Part shown: in pieces, positions 44,287 to 54,051 of the stretch
Position numbering within the stretch: the first letter of the stretch is position 1
Layout of the letters: the number at the start of each line of letters is the position of its first letter
Origin: Anaeromyxobacter sp.
Lineage (GTDB): Bacteria > Myxococcota > Myxococcia > Myxococcales > Anaeromyxobacteraceae
Direction: 5' to 3'
Assembly (NCBI GenBank): GCA_049840735.1
Contig: JASGJN010000022.1
Span: 480,001-544,000, forward strand
DNA: 64,000 bases
Position numbers and translations under genes: made by a program
The notes under the pieces: generated by a model
What the model was told of the DNA's origin: nothing
Seen by the model: the letters and a program-made list of their open reading frames with translations, nothing else
The model's database searches: none

Positions 44287-45474
44287 ATGAACGTCCTCGT
44301 CCTGAACTGTGGCTCCTCCTCGGCGAAGTTCGCCGTCCTCGACACCACCGGCGGGCGCGAGCTGGTCTCCGGCAACGCCCAGCGCCTGGGCACGCCCCAG
44401 GCCTCCCTCGACTTCAAGAAGGACGGGCAGAAGACCTCGCGGGCGCTGCCGGGGGCCGGGCACGCCGAGGCGCTGCGCGCGGTGGTGGCGCTGCTCCACG
44501 AGCTGGACCTGGCGAGGCACCTGGGCGGCATCGGCCACCGCGTGGTGCACGGCGGCTCCTTCCGCGCCTCGGTGGCCATCACGCCGGAGGTGGTGGCGCT
44601 GATGGAGGCCTGCATCCCGCTGGCGCCGCTCCACAACCCGCCCAACCTGCTGGGCATCCAGATCGCGCAGGAGCTGTTCCCGGGGCTGCCGCAGGTGGGC
44701 GTGTTCGACACCGCCTTCCACCAGACCATGCCGCCGCGCGCCTACGTGTACCCGGTGCCGTACGAGTGGCTCACCTCGCACGGCGTCCGCCGCTACGGCT
44801 TCCACGGCACCAGCCACCGCTTCGTGGCCCGCAAGGCGCTGGAGGTGGCCGGGCTGCCGGAGGACGACCACGCGCTCGTCACCGCGCACCTGGGCAACGG
44901 CTGCTCCGCCGCCGCGATCCGCAACGGCAAGAGCCTCGACACGACCATGGGGCTCACGCCGCTGGAGGGGCTGGTGATGGGCACCCGCAGCGGCTCGGTG
45001 GATCCGGCCATCATCGGCCACATGGCCACGGCCCTGCACGTGCCGGAGGCGCGCATCCTGGACGCGCTCTCCAAGGAGTCCGGCCTGCTGGGCGTCTCCG
45101 GGCTCTCCAACGACGCGCGCACGGTCGAGGAGGCGGCCGCCGGCGGCCACGCCCGCGCCGAGCTGGCGCTGGACATCTTCTGCTACGTGCTGGCCAAGCA
45201 CATCGCCGCGCTGGTGGTGCCGCTGGGGCGGCTCGACGCGCTGGTCTTCACCGGCGGCATCGGCGAGAACTCGGACGTGCTCCGCGGGCGCGTGGTCTCG
45301 CAGCTGGGCTTCCTGGGGCTCCAGCTCGACCCCGCCGCCAACGCCGCCACCATCCGCGGCAAGGCCGGGCGCATCACCACCGGCACGCGCCCGTCGGCGG
45401 TGGTGGTGCCGACCAACGAGGAGCTGATGATCGCCCTGGACACGGCCGAGCTGGCCGGCCGCGCCCGGGCCTGA
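44287..45474 (+). CDS. ackA: Acetate kinase
   Basis: [62 protein letters not shown]. Confidence 0.97.
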   Translation: MNVLVLNCGSSSAKFAVLDTTGGRELVSGNAQRLGTPQASLDFKKDGQKTSRALPGAGHAEALRAVVALLHELDLARHLGGIGHRVVHGGSFRASVAITPEVVALMEACIPLAPLHNPPNLLGIQIAQELFPGLPQVGVFDTAFHQTMPPRAYVYPVPYEWLTSHGVRRYGFHGTSHRFVARKALEVAGLPEDDHALVTAHLGNGCSAAAIRNGKSLDTTMGLTPLEGLVMGTRSGSVDPAIIGHMATALHVPEARILDALSKESGLLGVSGLSNDARTVEEAAAGGHARAELALDIFCYVLAKHIAALVVPLGRLDALVFTGGIGENSDVLRGRVVSQLGFLGLQLDPAANAATIRGKAGRITTGTRPSAVVVPTNEELMIALDTAELAGRARA

Positions 45475-45486
45475 GAGGAGGGGACC

Positions 45487-47642
45487 ATGCCCACCACCTT
45501 GCTCGTCGCCCCCGCCGGTCGCCGCGTCGGCCTGACCACCGCCTGCCTGGGCATCGTGCGCGCCCTGGACCGCCAGGGGCTGCGGGTGGCCTTCGCCAAG
45601 CCCATCACCGGGCGCGGCGACGACCGCTCCATCGCGCTGATGCAGCTGGGCGCCCACCTCTCGCCCCCGGCGCCGGTGACGCGCCAGGTGGCCGAGGAGC
45701 TGCTGGCGCACGGCGACGACCAGACGCTGATGGAGCACGTGGTGGCGCTGGCGGCCAGGGCCGCCGACGGCGCCGACGTGCTGGTGGTGGAGGGGATGGT
45801 GCCGGAGACCGGCATGGTCTACTCCACCCGCGTCAACGCGCTGATGCTCAAGGCGCTCGACGCCGAGCTGGTGCTGGTGGCCTCGCCGCGGGACGAGAGC
45901 CCGGCCGAGGTGGCCGGGGCGGTGGCCATCGCGGCGCGCGGCTTCGGCGCGCTGGCCGAGGGCCGGACGGCCGGCTGCATCCTCAACCGCGTCTGCCTGG
46001 GCGGCGGCGGCAAGCGCTCGGTGGCGGGCAGCGAGACGGCCGGCCCCATCTGCGGCGACTGCGGCGGGTGCGCGGTGGGCGCGCGCGAGGACGCCATCGC
46101 GCGCCACGAGGCCGCGCTGCAGGAGGAGGGGCTCAGGCCGCTGGGCGTGGTGCCCTGCAACATGGACCTGGCGGCGCCGCGCGTGCGCGACATGGCCGAG
46201 GCCATCGGCGCGCGGGTGCTGGCCGGCGGCGAGATGGCCACCCGGCGCGTCCGCGACGTGGCGGTCTGCGCCATGATGGTCCAGAACGCCATCAAGGCGC
46301 TCAAGCCGGGCACGCTGGTCATCACCCCCGGCGACCGGAACGACATCCTGCTGGCCGCCGCGGTGACGGCCCAGAACGGCACGCCGCTGGCGGGCGTGCT
46401 CCTCACCGGCGGCCTGGAGCCGGATCCGGGCGTGGTGGGGCTGTGCAAGAAGGCGCTCGACGCGGGGCTGCCGCTGCTCTCGGTGGAGGACGGCAGCTAC
46501 CTGGCCGCCACGCGCGTCAACGGCATGAACCCGGAGATCCCCACCGACGACGCCGAGCGCGTCGAGCGGACCATGAACTTCGTGGCCGACCGGCTCAGCG
46601 TCGAGTGGGCGGCCGGCTTCGCCGGCCAGCGCCGGGCCACGCGCCTGTCGCCGCCCGCCTTCCGCCACCGGCTCATCGAGACGGCCCGCAGCGACCTGCA
46701 GCGGATCGTCCTGCCGGAGGGGAACGAGCCGCGCACGGTGGCCGCGGCGGCCATCGTGGAGGCGCGCGGCATCGCCCGCTGCGTGCTGCTGGGCCACCCC
46801 GACGAGATCCGCGAGGTGGCGGCGCGCCAGGGCGTGACCCTGCCCGCCTCGGTGGAGATCATCGACGCGCCCGCGGTGGCCGGGCGCTACGTGGAGCCGC
46901 TGGTGGAGCGGCGCAAGGCCAAGGGGATGACGGCGCAGCTGGCCGCCACCGAGCTGCAGGACACCATCATGGTGGGCACCATGATGATGGCGCTGGGCGA
47001 GGCCGACGGCCTGGTCTCCGGCGCGGTCCACACCACCGCCCACACCATCCGGCCGGCGCTGCAGATCATCAAGACCGTGCCCGGCTCCTCGCTCGTGTCG
47101 TCGGTCTTCTTCATGTGCCTGCCGGACCAGGTGCTGGTCTTCGGCGACTGCGCCGTGAACCCCAACCCGAGCGCCGAGCAGCTGGCGGAGATCGCGGTCC
47201 AGAGCGCCGACTCGGCGCTGGCCTTCGGCATCGAGCCGCGGGTGGCCATGCTCTCCTACTCCACCGGCACCAGCGGCGCCGGCGAGGACGTGGAGAAGGT
47301 GAAGCGCGCCACCGACCTGGCGCAGCAGCTCCGCCCCGGGCTGGCCATCGACGGCCCGCTGCAGTACGACGCCGCAGTCCAGGCCGACGTGGCGCGGCAG
47401 AAGGCGCCGCGCTCGCCGGTCGCGGGCAAGGCCACCGTGCTGATCTTCCCGGACCTCAACACCGGCAACGTGACCTACAAGGCCGTGCAGCGCTCCGCCA
47501 ACGTGGTCTCCATGGGCCCATGCTGCAGGGCCTGGCCAAGCCGGTGAACGACCTCTCCCGCGGCGCGCTGGTCGAGGACATCGTCTTCACCATCGCGCTC
47601 ACCGCCATCCAGGCGCAGCAAGCGGCCCGGCGCGGCCAGTAG
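45487..47642 (+). CDS. pta: Phosphate acetyltransferase, long class II form (frameshift at ~47518)
   Basis: N-terminal AAA-like and DRTGG (ITPGDRNDI) domains, [34 protein letters not shown]; end [17 protein letters not shown] lies in a second frame. Confidence 0.96.
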
Positions 47643-47651
47643 CCGGCGGCC

Positions 47652-49412
47652 ATGCCCTGGATCGCGGGCAGCCCGCCGCTCCACCCGGCGCTGGCGGCGC
47701 TGGCCGCGGCCGCGCCGCTGGGCTTCCTGTTCTGGGCGCTGGCCGTGCGCCGCCTGCGCGCGCACCTGGCCGCGCCAGCGGCGGTGGGGCTGGCGCTCGT
47801 GGCGGCGGTGGCCGGCTTCGGCATGCCGCCGGGGCTGGCGCTGGGCGCGGCGCTCCACGGGGCCGCGCAGGGGCTCTGGCCGGTGGCCTGGGTGGTGGTG
47901 ACGGCGGTCTACCTGCACGCGCTCTCGGTCCGCACCGGCGCCTTCGAGGTGGTGCGCGGCGCGCTGGCCTCGCTCACCTCCGACCGGCGGCTGCAGGCGC
48001 TGCTCATCGCCTTCGCCTTCGCCGCCTTCCTCGAGGGCGCGGCCGGCTTCGGCGCGCCGGTGGCCATCGCCGCGGCCATGCTGGTGGGGCTGGGGTTCGA
48101 GCCCCTGCCGGCGGCGCTGGTCTGCCTGGTGGCCAACACCGCGCCGGTGGCGTTCGGCGCGCTGGGCGTGCCGGTGCTGGTGGCGGGGCAGGCGGCCGGC
48201 GTGGACCCGCTGGCGGTCTCGCAGCTGGTGGGGAGGACCTTGCCGGCGCTGGCGCTGCTCACGCCGTTCTACGTGGTGGTGCTGCTGGCCGGGGCGCGGC
48301 GCGGGCTGGAGGTCTGGCCGGCGGCGCTGGTGGTGGGCGGCGCCTTCGCGCTGGCGCAGGCGCTCACCGCCAACCTGCTGGGGCCGTACCTGCCGGACGT
48401 GGTGGCCTCGCTGGTCTCGATGGGCTGCCTCACGCTCTTCCTGCGCGCCTGGCGCCCGGCGCGCCCCTGGCGCTTCCCGGCCGAGCCGGCGGCGCCCGCG
48501 CCCGCCGGCCCGCGCGCCGCCCGCGGCGACGTGCTCCGCGCCCTCTCGCCCTTCCTGCTGCTCTCGCTCTTCGTGGCGGCCTGGGGGCTGCGGCCGGTGC
48601 ACGCGGCGCTGGACGCGCTCGGCACCGTGACGCTCCGCTGGCCGGGCCTGGACGGCGCCATCGTCCAGGACGGCCACGCGGTGCCGGCGGTGCTCAAGCT
48701 CGACCTGCTCGCCTCGGCCGGCACCGCCATCCTGCTCACCGCGCTGGTCTCGCTGCCGGTGCTGGGCGCGCGCCCCTCGGTGGCGCTGCGCACCTTCGGC
48801 GAGACGCTGCGCACGCTCCGCTTCCCGGTCCTGACCATCGCCGCCATGCTGGCGCTGGCCGGGATCATGAACCGCTCCGGCATGGCGGCGGCGCTGGGGC
48901 AGGTGTTCGCCCAGACCGGCCGCGCCTTCCCGCTGCTGGCGCCCGTGCTGGGCTGGCTGGGCGTGCTCATGACCGGCTCGGACACCGCCTCCAACGCGCT
49001 CTTCGGCAAGCTGCAGGCCAGCACCGCGCAGCAGCTGGGCCTGGACCCGGTGCTGGCCGTGGCCGCCAACACCTCCGGCGGCGGCTGCGGGAAGATGGTC
49101 TCGCCGCAGTCGCTGGCGGTGGCCACCGCCGCGGTGGGGCAGGTGGGGCGCGAGGGCGAGCTGCTCCGCGCCACGCTGAAGCACTCGCTCCTGCTCACCG
49201 CGCTGGTGTCGCTGCTGGTCTGGCTGCAGGCCGGGCCGCTGGCCTTCCTGGTCCCGTCGTCGTCCCCGCCACCCGCCACGCCACCCCCGCCGCCGGCGGC
49301 GCTGGTGGCGGAGGGACGGGCCTGGCTGGCGGTCGCGCTGGCGGTGATCGCCGGGGTGGCGCTGGTCGCGGCGCGGGTGGGGCGGAGGCCGGCGGCGGCC
49401 GGAGAGGCGTGA
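47652..49412 (+). CDS. lctP: L-lactate permease family transporter
   Basis: DRRLQALLIAFAFAAFLEGAAGFGAPVAI, ANTAPVAFGALG, MTGSDTASNALFG, GKMVSPQS. Confidence 0.94.
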   Translation: MPWIAGSPPLHPALAALAAAAPLGFLFWALAVRRLRAHLAAPAAVGLALVAAVAGFGMPPGLALGAALHGAAQGLWPVAWVVVTAVYLHALSVRTGAFEVVRGALASLTSDRRLQALLIAFAFAAFLEGAAGFGAPVAIAAAMLVGLGFEPLPAALVCLVANTAPVAFGALGVPVLVAGQAAGVDPLAVSQLVGRTLPALALLTPFYVVVLLAGARRGLEVWPAALVVGGAFALAQALTANLLGPYLPDVVASLVSMGCLTLFLRAWRPARPWRFPAEPAAPAPAGPRAARGDVLRALSPFLLLSLFVAAWGLRPVHAALDALGTVTLRWPGLDGAIVQDGHAVPAVLKLDLLASAGTAILLTALVSLPVLGARPSVALRTFGETLRTLRFPVLTIAAMLALAGIMNRSGMAAALGQVFAQTGRAFPLLAPVLGWLGVLMTGSDTASNALFGKLQASTAQQLGLDPVLAVAANTSGGGCGKMVSPQSLAVATAAVGQVGREGELLRATLKHSLLLTALVSLLVWLQAGPLAFLVPSSSPPPATPPPPPAALVAEGRAWLAVALAVIAGVALVAARVGRRPAAAGEA

Positions 49413-49426
49413 AGCGTCACCGTGGG

Positions 49427-50668
49427 TCACCCGCGCCGCAGGTCGCACCCCAAGGGCGCATTCGCTGGAGGAAGTGAAAGGGAGGGGACGAAGGCGGCCA
49501 TCTTCTCGCGCCCGAAGGACTGCACCGCAGCCCAGAGGTTATGCCCGCGGCAGCGGAGCCGGAGGTTGGGGAGGGTCGGCGGCCCGCCCATGGCCTCCGG
49601 GTCGATGTGGTCCAGCTCCAGCTGCCAGCGGCTGCCGCAGCGGTGGCCGTCCGGGGAGACGTAGGAGCAGCAGCTGCCATCGCGAGCCCAGACCGCGCGG
49701 CGCACGTCGGCCGTGACGGTACGAGGGTCGAAGCGGTAGGCGGTGGCGAAGAGCGGGAGCGGGTCGCCGGAGGGAGCCGCAGCCGGAGCCGGAGCCTGGA
49801 CCGGAGCCGGCGCGGAGACCGCCGTCGGCGCCGAGGCCACGGGCGCGGGCGCTGCCGAAGGAGCGGGAGCAGCCATCCTGGTCAGCTCGACCGCACCCTT
49901 TCGCTTGGCGTGCTTCTCGATCGCGCAGCGGAGCGCCTCCTTGAGGACGTCGCCGAGGTTGCCGTCGGGAATCTTGTGGGAGAGGAGCTCGCGGAGGGTC
50001 TCGAGGTCGGCGTGCGCGGCCCCGTCGAGCGTCACGCGCAGCGACCACTGCTCCGCGTTGACCGGGTGAAGCTCCGGGCGGGAAGGGGCGGAGGCGGGTG
50101 CGGGCGCAGAGAGCACGAAGGGCTCGGTCGCCGGTTCCCGGGTGGCAGCGGAGGAGGCCAGCGCCGGCTCCGGTGCGGGCGCCGGCGCAGCAGGAGCAGG
50201 AGCAGGAGCAGCGACCACGGCCTTCGGCCCCGGGCCGGCCACCCGCCGGACACCGTCCTTCGGCGCCTCGCGCGGCTGGATGGTCACGACCAGCCGCTCC
50301 ACCTCCGCCTTGGACTTGAAGGCCGCCTGCCCGACCAGCTCCTCCAGGTTCTGCTCCGTCATCACCTCGCGGAGCATGGCCAGCGTGGTGAGGGAAAGCC
50401 GCCCCTCGCGCAGCGGCCCCTCGAGGGAAGGGAACCGGGACAGCAGGCGCATGGCGGCGATGCGGCGCCAGGCGCCGCCTTCGGGAAGGCGCAGCACCTC
50501 CCGGCAGAACGCCCAGAGCGAGGGATAGCCCAGGTCCAGGTAGAACTTCCGCCGCTCCACCTCCGCCAGCGCGAGCAGGCACTCGACCTTGATGCCCCGC
50601 TCGTCCCCAGCGAGCGACTGCAGGTGGGCGACGAGAGAGCTGTTGTCCAGCGCATCGAGTCGAACCAT
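49427..50668 (-). CDS. HNH endonuclease with DUF222-like helical N-terminal domain
   Basis: LAEVERRKFYLDLGYPSLWAFC N-domain; C-terminal VRRAVWARDGSCC...HRC...ELDHIDPEAMGG...NLRLRCRGHN; GGAGG upstream of ATG 50668. Confidence 0.9.
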   Translation of the reverse strand: MVRLDALDNSSLVAHLQSLAGDERGIKVECLLALAEVERRKFYLDLGYPSLWAFCREVLRLPEGGAWRRIAAMRLLSRFPSLEGPLREGRLSLTTLAMLREVMTEQNLEELVGQAAFKSKAEVERLVVTIQPREAPKDGVRRVAGPGPKAVVAAPAPAPAAPAPAPEPALASSAATREPATEPFVLSAPAPASAPSRPELHPVNAEQWSLRVTLDGAAHADLETLRELLSHKIPDGNLGDVLKEALRCAIEKHAKRKGAVELTRMAAPAPSAAPAPVASAPTAVSAPAPVQAPAPAAAPSGDPLPLFATAYRFDPRTVTADVRRAVWARDGSCCSYVSPDGHRCGSRWQLELDHIDPEAMGGPPTLPNLRLRCRGHNLWAAVQSFGREKMAAFVPSLSLPPANAPLGCDLRRG

Positions 50669-50969
50669 GGCGTGCACCTCCAGCAGATGCAGCCATCGTA
50701 ACCCCGGGTTTCGAGGCGCTCGCCGAGGCCCCTGGCGCTGCGCAGGCGGCGAGATCGCGAGCGCCCCTCTGCGCCTCCTCGGCCAGGCCGGGGCGCGCCG
50801 CAGGAGGCGGGAGGGCGCTGTAGGAGAGCCATTTCCTGACGCCTCGGCCCGCGGAATCCGCCTCGCGCCGAATTCACGTCAAGCGGAGAATCGCGACGCC
50901 CCAACTTGCGCCTGCTCCAGCGCGGGTGACTGTCAGGGAACCTCGCTCCGCGTCCTCCGCGCGGTCCCT

Positions 50970-51020
50970 GCCCTTCGACTCCGCCGCGGCTTTCGCCGCG
51001 GCTACGCTCAGGGCGAACGG
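50970..51020 (+). repeat. REP-like palindromic element (TTCGAC...GCTCA family)
   Basis: gcccttcgactccg-ccgcggc tttc gccgcgg-ctacgctcagggcgaacgg. Confidence 0.85.
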
Positions 51021-51087
51021 TGGGCCCTTCCGGCCCTCGCGTCTCGAGCGCACCAACTGCAATGACCTGACCCCACCTCCGGATCCC

Positions 51088-51281
51088 CTCCTTGGGCGCA
51101 CGCGCTGGAGTAGGTGACTCCCAGTTGACCCCTTGGGCGCACGCGCCGGAGTAGGTGACTCCCAGTGGACCCCTTGGGCGCACGCGCCGGAGTAGGTGAC
51201 TCCCAGTGGACCCCTTGGGCGCACGCGCTGGAATAAGTGACTCTCAGGTGACCCCTTGGGCGCACGCGCTGGAGTAGGTGA
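51088..51281. repeat. 41-bp tandem repeat, 4.7 copies
   Basis: Unit ccccttgggcgcacgcgcYggagtaggtgactcccagtKga starting at 51088, 51129, 51170, 51211, 51252. Confidence 0.95.
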
Positions 51282-51411
51282 GCGTGAACATGGCCGGACC
51301 TCAACCAAGGCGCGACGCCGGCCGCCACCACCCCGTCCCGAGCCCCCAACCCGTTCCCCCAGCACGGCCCCGCCCACGGCGCTGGGGCAGGGGCCTCCCC
51401 AGCGCCCTGTT

Positions 51412-51548
51412 CCGCCGGCAGCGCCACCCGCGTCCCGCCGGCAGCGCCACCCGCGTCCCGCCGGCAGCGCCACCCGCGTCCCGCCAGCAGCGCCACCGCG
51501 TCCCCACCGCAGCTTCACGCGGATCCCGCCACCAGCGCCCCAACCGCC
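51412..51548. repeat. 23-bp tandem repeat, 4 good plus 2 degenerate copies
   Basis: Unit ccgccggcagcgccacccgcgtc at 51412, 51435, 51458, 51481, decaying towards 51548. Confidence 0.9.
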
Positions 51549-51552
51549 GCCC

Positions 51553-52182
51553 TCACGCCGGCAACGCCCCCGACCTCTGCGCGTCCGTCAGCATCGTCGC
51601 CCAGGCGCCCTTCGCCCCCTCCATGAATCGCAGCCCCACCGTGGAGGTGCTCCCGGTCCGCGCCGTCCAGCACACCACGCTCCGGAACGTCACCGCCTGG
51701 TTTCCCGCCCCCAGCCGCACGTCGAGCTGCGCCCCCACCTTCGCCGGCGGGGCCCCGGACCACGTCAGCCCGCAGCCATTCTCCGAGACCGAGAACGTGG
51801 TCATGTACGTCGGTCCGGTCGGGCTGCCCACCACCGCCGGGAAGCTGGCCAGCAACCTCGGCGCTCGCGGCTGGTGCGCGATGGGCTCGCCGCGCGCGAC
51901 GGCCAGCAGGTGCTCCAGCGCCAGCAGGCGGGTCTCGTCCGGCACCAGCTCGACCCGGTGCATCCGGTCCTGGCGCACGGCGCTGGCCACGCGCCCGGTG
52001 ATGGTGACGGCGGCGCCGCGCCCCAGGGCCGTGATGCGCGCCGCCACGCGCTGCTGCGGACGCAGCGCCCCGGGCAGCTCCAGCACCAGCCGGCGCGTGT
52101 CGCTGCGCCAGGCGGCCACGAGCTTCTCGGGGCGGAGCTGGACGTCCAGGGAGATCACCCCTGCGCTGGGGAAGAGCGCCAT
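51553..52182 (-). CDS. PilZ-domain protein (degenerate c-di-GMP motifs)
   Basis: QPRAPRLLASFPAVV and TTFSVSENGCGL, VVCW...TVGLRF beta-barrel pattern. Confidence 0.7.
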   Translation of the reverse strand: MALFPSAGVISLDVQLRPEKLVAAWRSDTRRLVLELPGALRPQQRVAARITALGRGAAVTITGRVASAVRQDRMHRVELVPDETRLLALEHLLAVARGEPIAHQPRAPRLLASFPAVVGSPTGPTYMTTFSVSENGCGLTWSGAPPAKVGAQLDVRLGAGNQAVTFRSVVCWTARTGSTSTVGLRFMEGAKGAWATMLTDAQRSGALPA

Positions 52183-52344
52183 CCGGTTCACCTCGCTGCG
52201 AGCATCGGCGTGAGCGGGCATCAGAGCAGGCTTCGCTCCCGGTGAAAAGGGGTGCCGGTGGGGCGTGGCTTACCTCCCCGCACGATGGCGCCGGCCGGGG
52301 GCGAGGTGCGGGAGAAGGGGCCCGCTGCTATCCTCCTCGCAGGC

Positions 52345-52950
52345 ATGGCCGCCCTGGACCCCGTCCAGCTCTCGCCCCGCTTCGGCGAGGCCCTCCTCAC
52401 CGCCTTCCGCCTCCACGGGAGGCAGGAGCGGAAGGGCTCGCGGGTGCCATACATGGGCCACCTGCTGGGCGCCGCCGCGCTGGTGATCCACTTCGGCGGC
52501 GACGAGGACCAGGCCATCGCGGCGCTGCTCCACGACGCGGCCGAGGACCAGGGGGGCTGGCCCACGCTGGAGGCTATCGAGGCCCGCTTCGGCCAGCGCG
52601 TGGCGCACCTCGTCGAGGCCTGCACCGACACCTTCGAGGAGCCGAAGCCGGCCTGGCGGCCGCGCAAGGAGGCCTACCTGGCGCGGCTGGCCACGGAGTC
52701 CAAGGAGGTGCTGCTGGTCTCGGCGGCGGACAAGCTCGACAACGCGCGGGCCATCGTGATGGACCTGCGGGCGGTGCTCGCCGCGGGCGAGGATCCGACC
52801 GCCTTCTGGCGCCGCTTCAACGGCGGGAGGGAGGGCTCGCTCTGGTACTACGGCGAGCTGGCGCGCACCTTCCAGGCGCTCGACACCGGCCCCATCGCCG
52901 CCGAGCTGGCGGCGGCGGTGGAGGCGATGCAGGCGCTGGCCGCGCGCTGA
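52345..52950 (+). CDS. Stand-alone HD-domain hydrolase (Mesh1/SpoT-hydrolase-like)
   Basis: HGRQERKGSRVPYMGH, AALLHDAAED, VSAADKLDNAR. Confidence 0.9.
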   Translation: MAALDPVQLSPRFGEALLTAFRLHGRQERKGSRVPYMGHLLGAAALVIHFGGDEDQAIAALLHDAAEDQGGWPTLEAIEARFGQRVAHLVEACTDTFEEPKPAWRPRKEAYLARLATESKEVLLVSAADKLDNARAIVMDLRAVLAAGEDPTAFWRRFNGGREGSLWYYGELARTFQALDTGPIAAELAAAVEAMQALAAR

Positions 52951-53209
52951 GCGCGACGGCCCCGGCATCCCCCTCCTGCGCCCGCCGGCGCTCGATCGAC
53001 TCCACGCCTCGCAGGCCTGCCATCTGTACCGCTCGCGGTGGCCCTGTCTGGCGGGCACCGGGCGCGCCGGCCTGATGGCGCGATCGGCTGGTCGTTTGGC
53101 GGGATCCGTCGGTGTCGCGGCGCGCGGGGGCGTCTACGATTCCACCCTGACGCGATGACGCGCGTCCGCCGCCGCGGTCGACGGCCACGCTTCACAGGAG
53201 ATCGGAAAC

Positions 53210-54007
53210 ATGGCAAGCAGCGGAAACAGGAAGACGGTCGCCCTGATCACCGGGGCCTCCTCCGGCATCGGCAAGGAGCTCGCACGCCTCCACGCGGCAC
53301 GCGGCGGCGATCTCGTCCTCGTCGCGCGCAGCGAGCAGAAGCTCGCCGAGCTGGCGGACGAGCTCAGGCGTGCCCACTCCTCTCGCGTGACCGTGATCGC
53401 CAAGGACCTCGCCCAGCCTTCCGCGGCGAGGGAGGTCTACCAGGCGGTGAAGGACGCCGGGATCGCGGTGGACTACCTGGTCAACAACGCCGGGTTCGGG
53501 GGGCGCGGCGCGTTCCACGAGCGCCGCTGGGAGGACGACCTCTCGATGATCAACCTCAACATCGTCACCCTCACGGCGCTGACCCGCCTCTTCCTCCCCG
53601 GGTTCGTGGCGCGGAACAGCGGGAGAATCCTCAACGTCTCCTCGACGGCGGGCCTGATGCCCGGGCCCCTGCAGGCCGTGTACTACGCCACGAAGGCGTA
53701 CGTGACGTCGTTCAGCAACGCCATCGCCGAGGAGCTTCGCGGCACCGCCGTCACGGTCACTGCGCTTCTGCCCGGTGCCACCGAGACGGAGTTCGCCCGC
53801 GTCGCCGACATGGACAAGACCCCGCTCTTCGCGGGGAAGATGGCGAGCGCCAGGCACGTGGCCCAGGCGGGATACGACGGGATGCTCGAGGGAAGGATGG
53901 ACGTCATCGCAGGGGTCACCTTCGGCCAGCGGCTCATGCTGTCGTTCGTGCCGTTCACGCCGAAGAGGCTGCTCATCCGACAAATCCACGAGATGCTGAA
54001 GGTGTGA
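53210..54007 (+). CDS. Short-chain dehydrogenase/reductase
   Basis: ITGASSGIG, LVNNAGFG, NVSS, YYATK (YxxxK). Confidence 0.96.
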   Translation: MASSGNRKTVALITGASSGIGKELARLHAARGGDLVLVARSEQKLAELADELRRAHSSRVTVIAKDLAQPSAAREVYQAVKDAGIAVDYLVNNAGFGGRGAFHERRWEDDLSMINLNIVTLTALTRLFLPGFVARNSGRILNVSSTAGLMPGPLQAVYYATKAYVTSFSNAIAEELRGTAVTVTALLPGATETEFARVADMDKTPLFAGKMASARHVAQAGYDGMLEGRMDVIAGVTFGQRLMLSFVPFTPKRLLIRQIHEMLKV

Positions 54008-54051
54008 CGCATCGTGGCCCTCGAACAAGCGGCCCATCACCGGGGAGCCCG

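Noticed and set aside
51088..51281. CRISPR or TIGR-like guide array
   Set aside because: Units are contiguous and nearly identical, the variable part is ~10 nt with two identical copies, and there is no cas or Nop-domain gene in the window.
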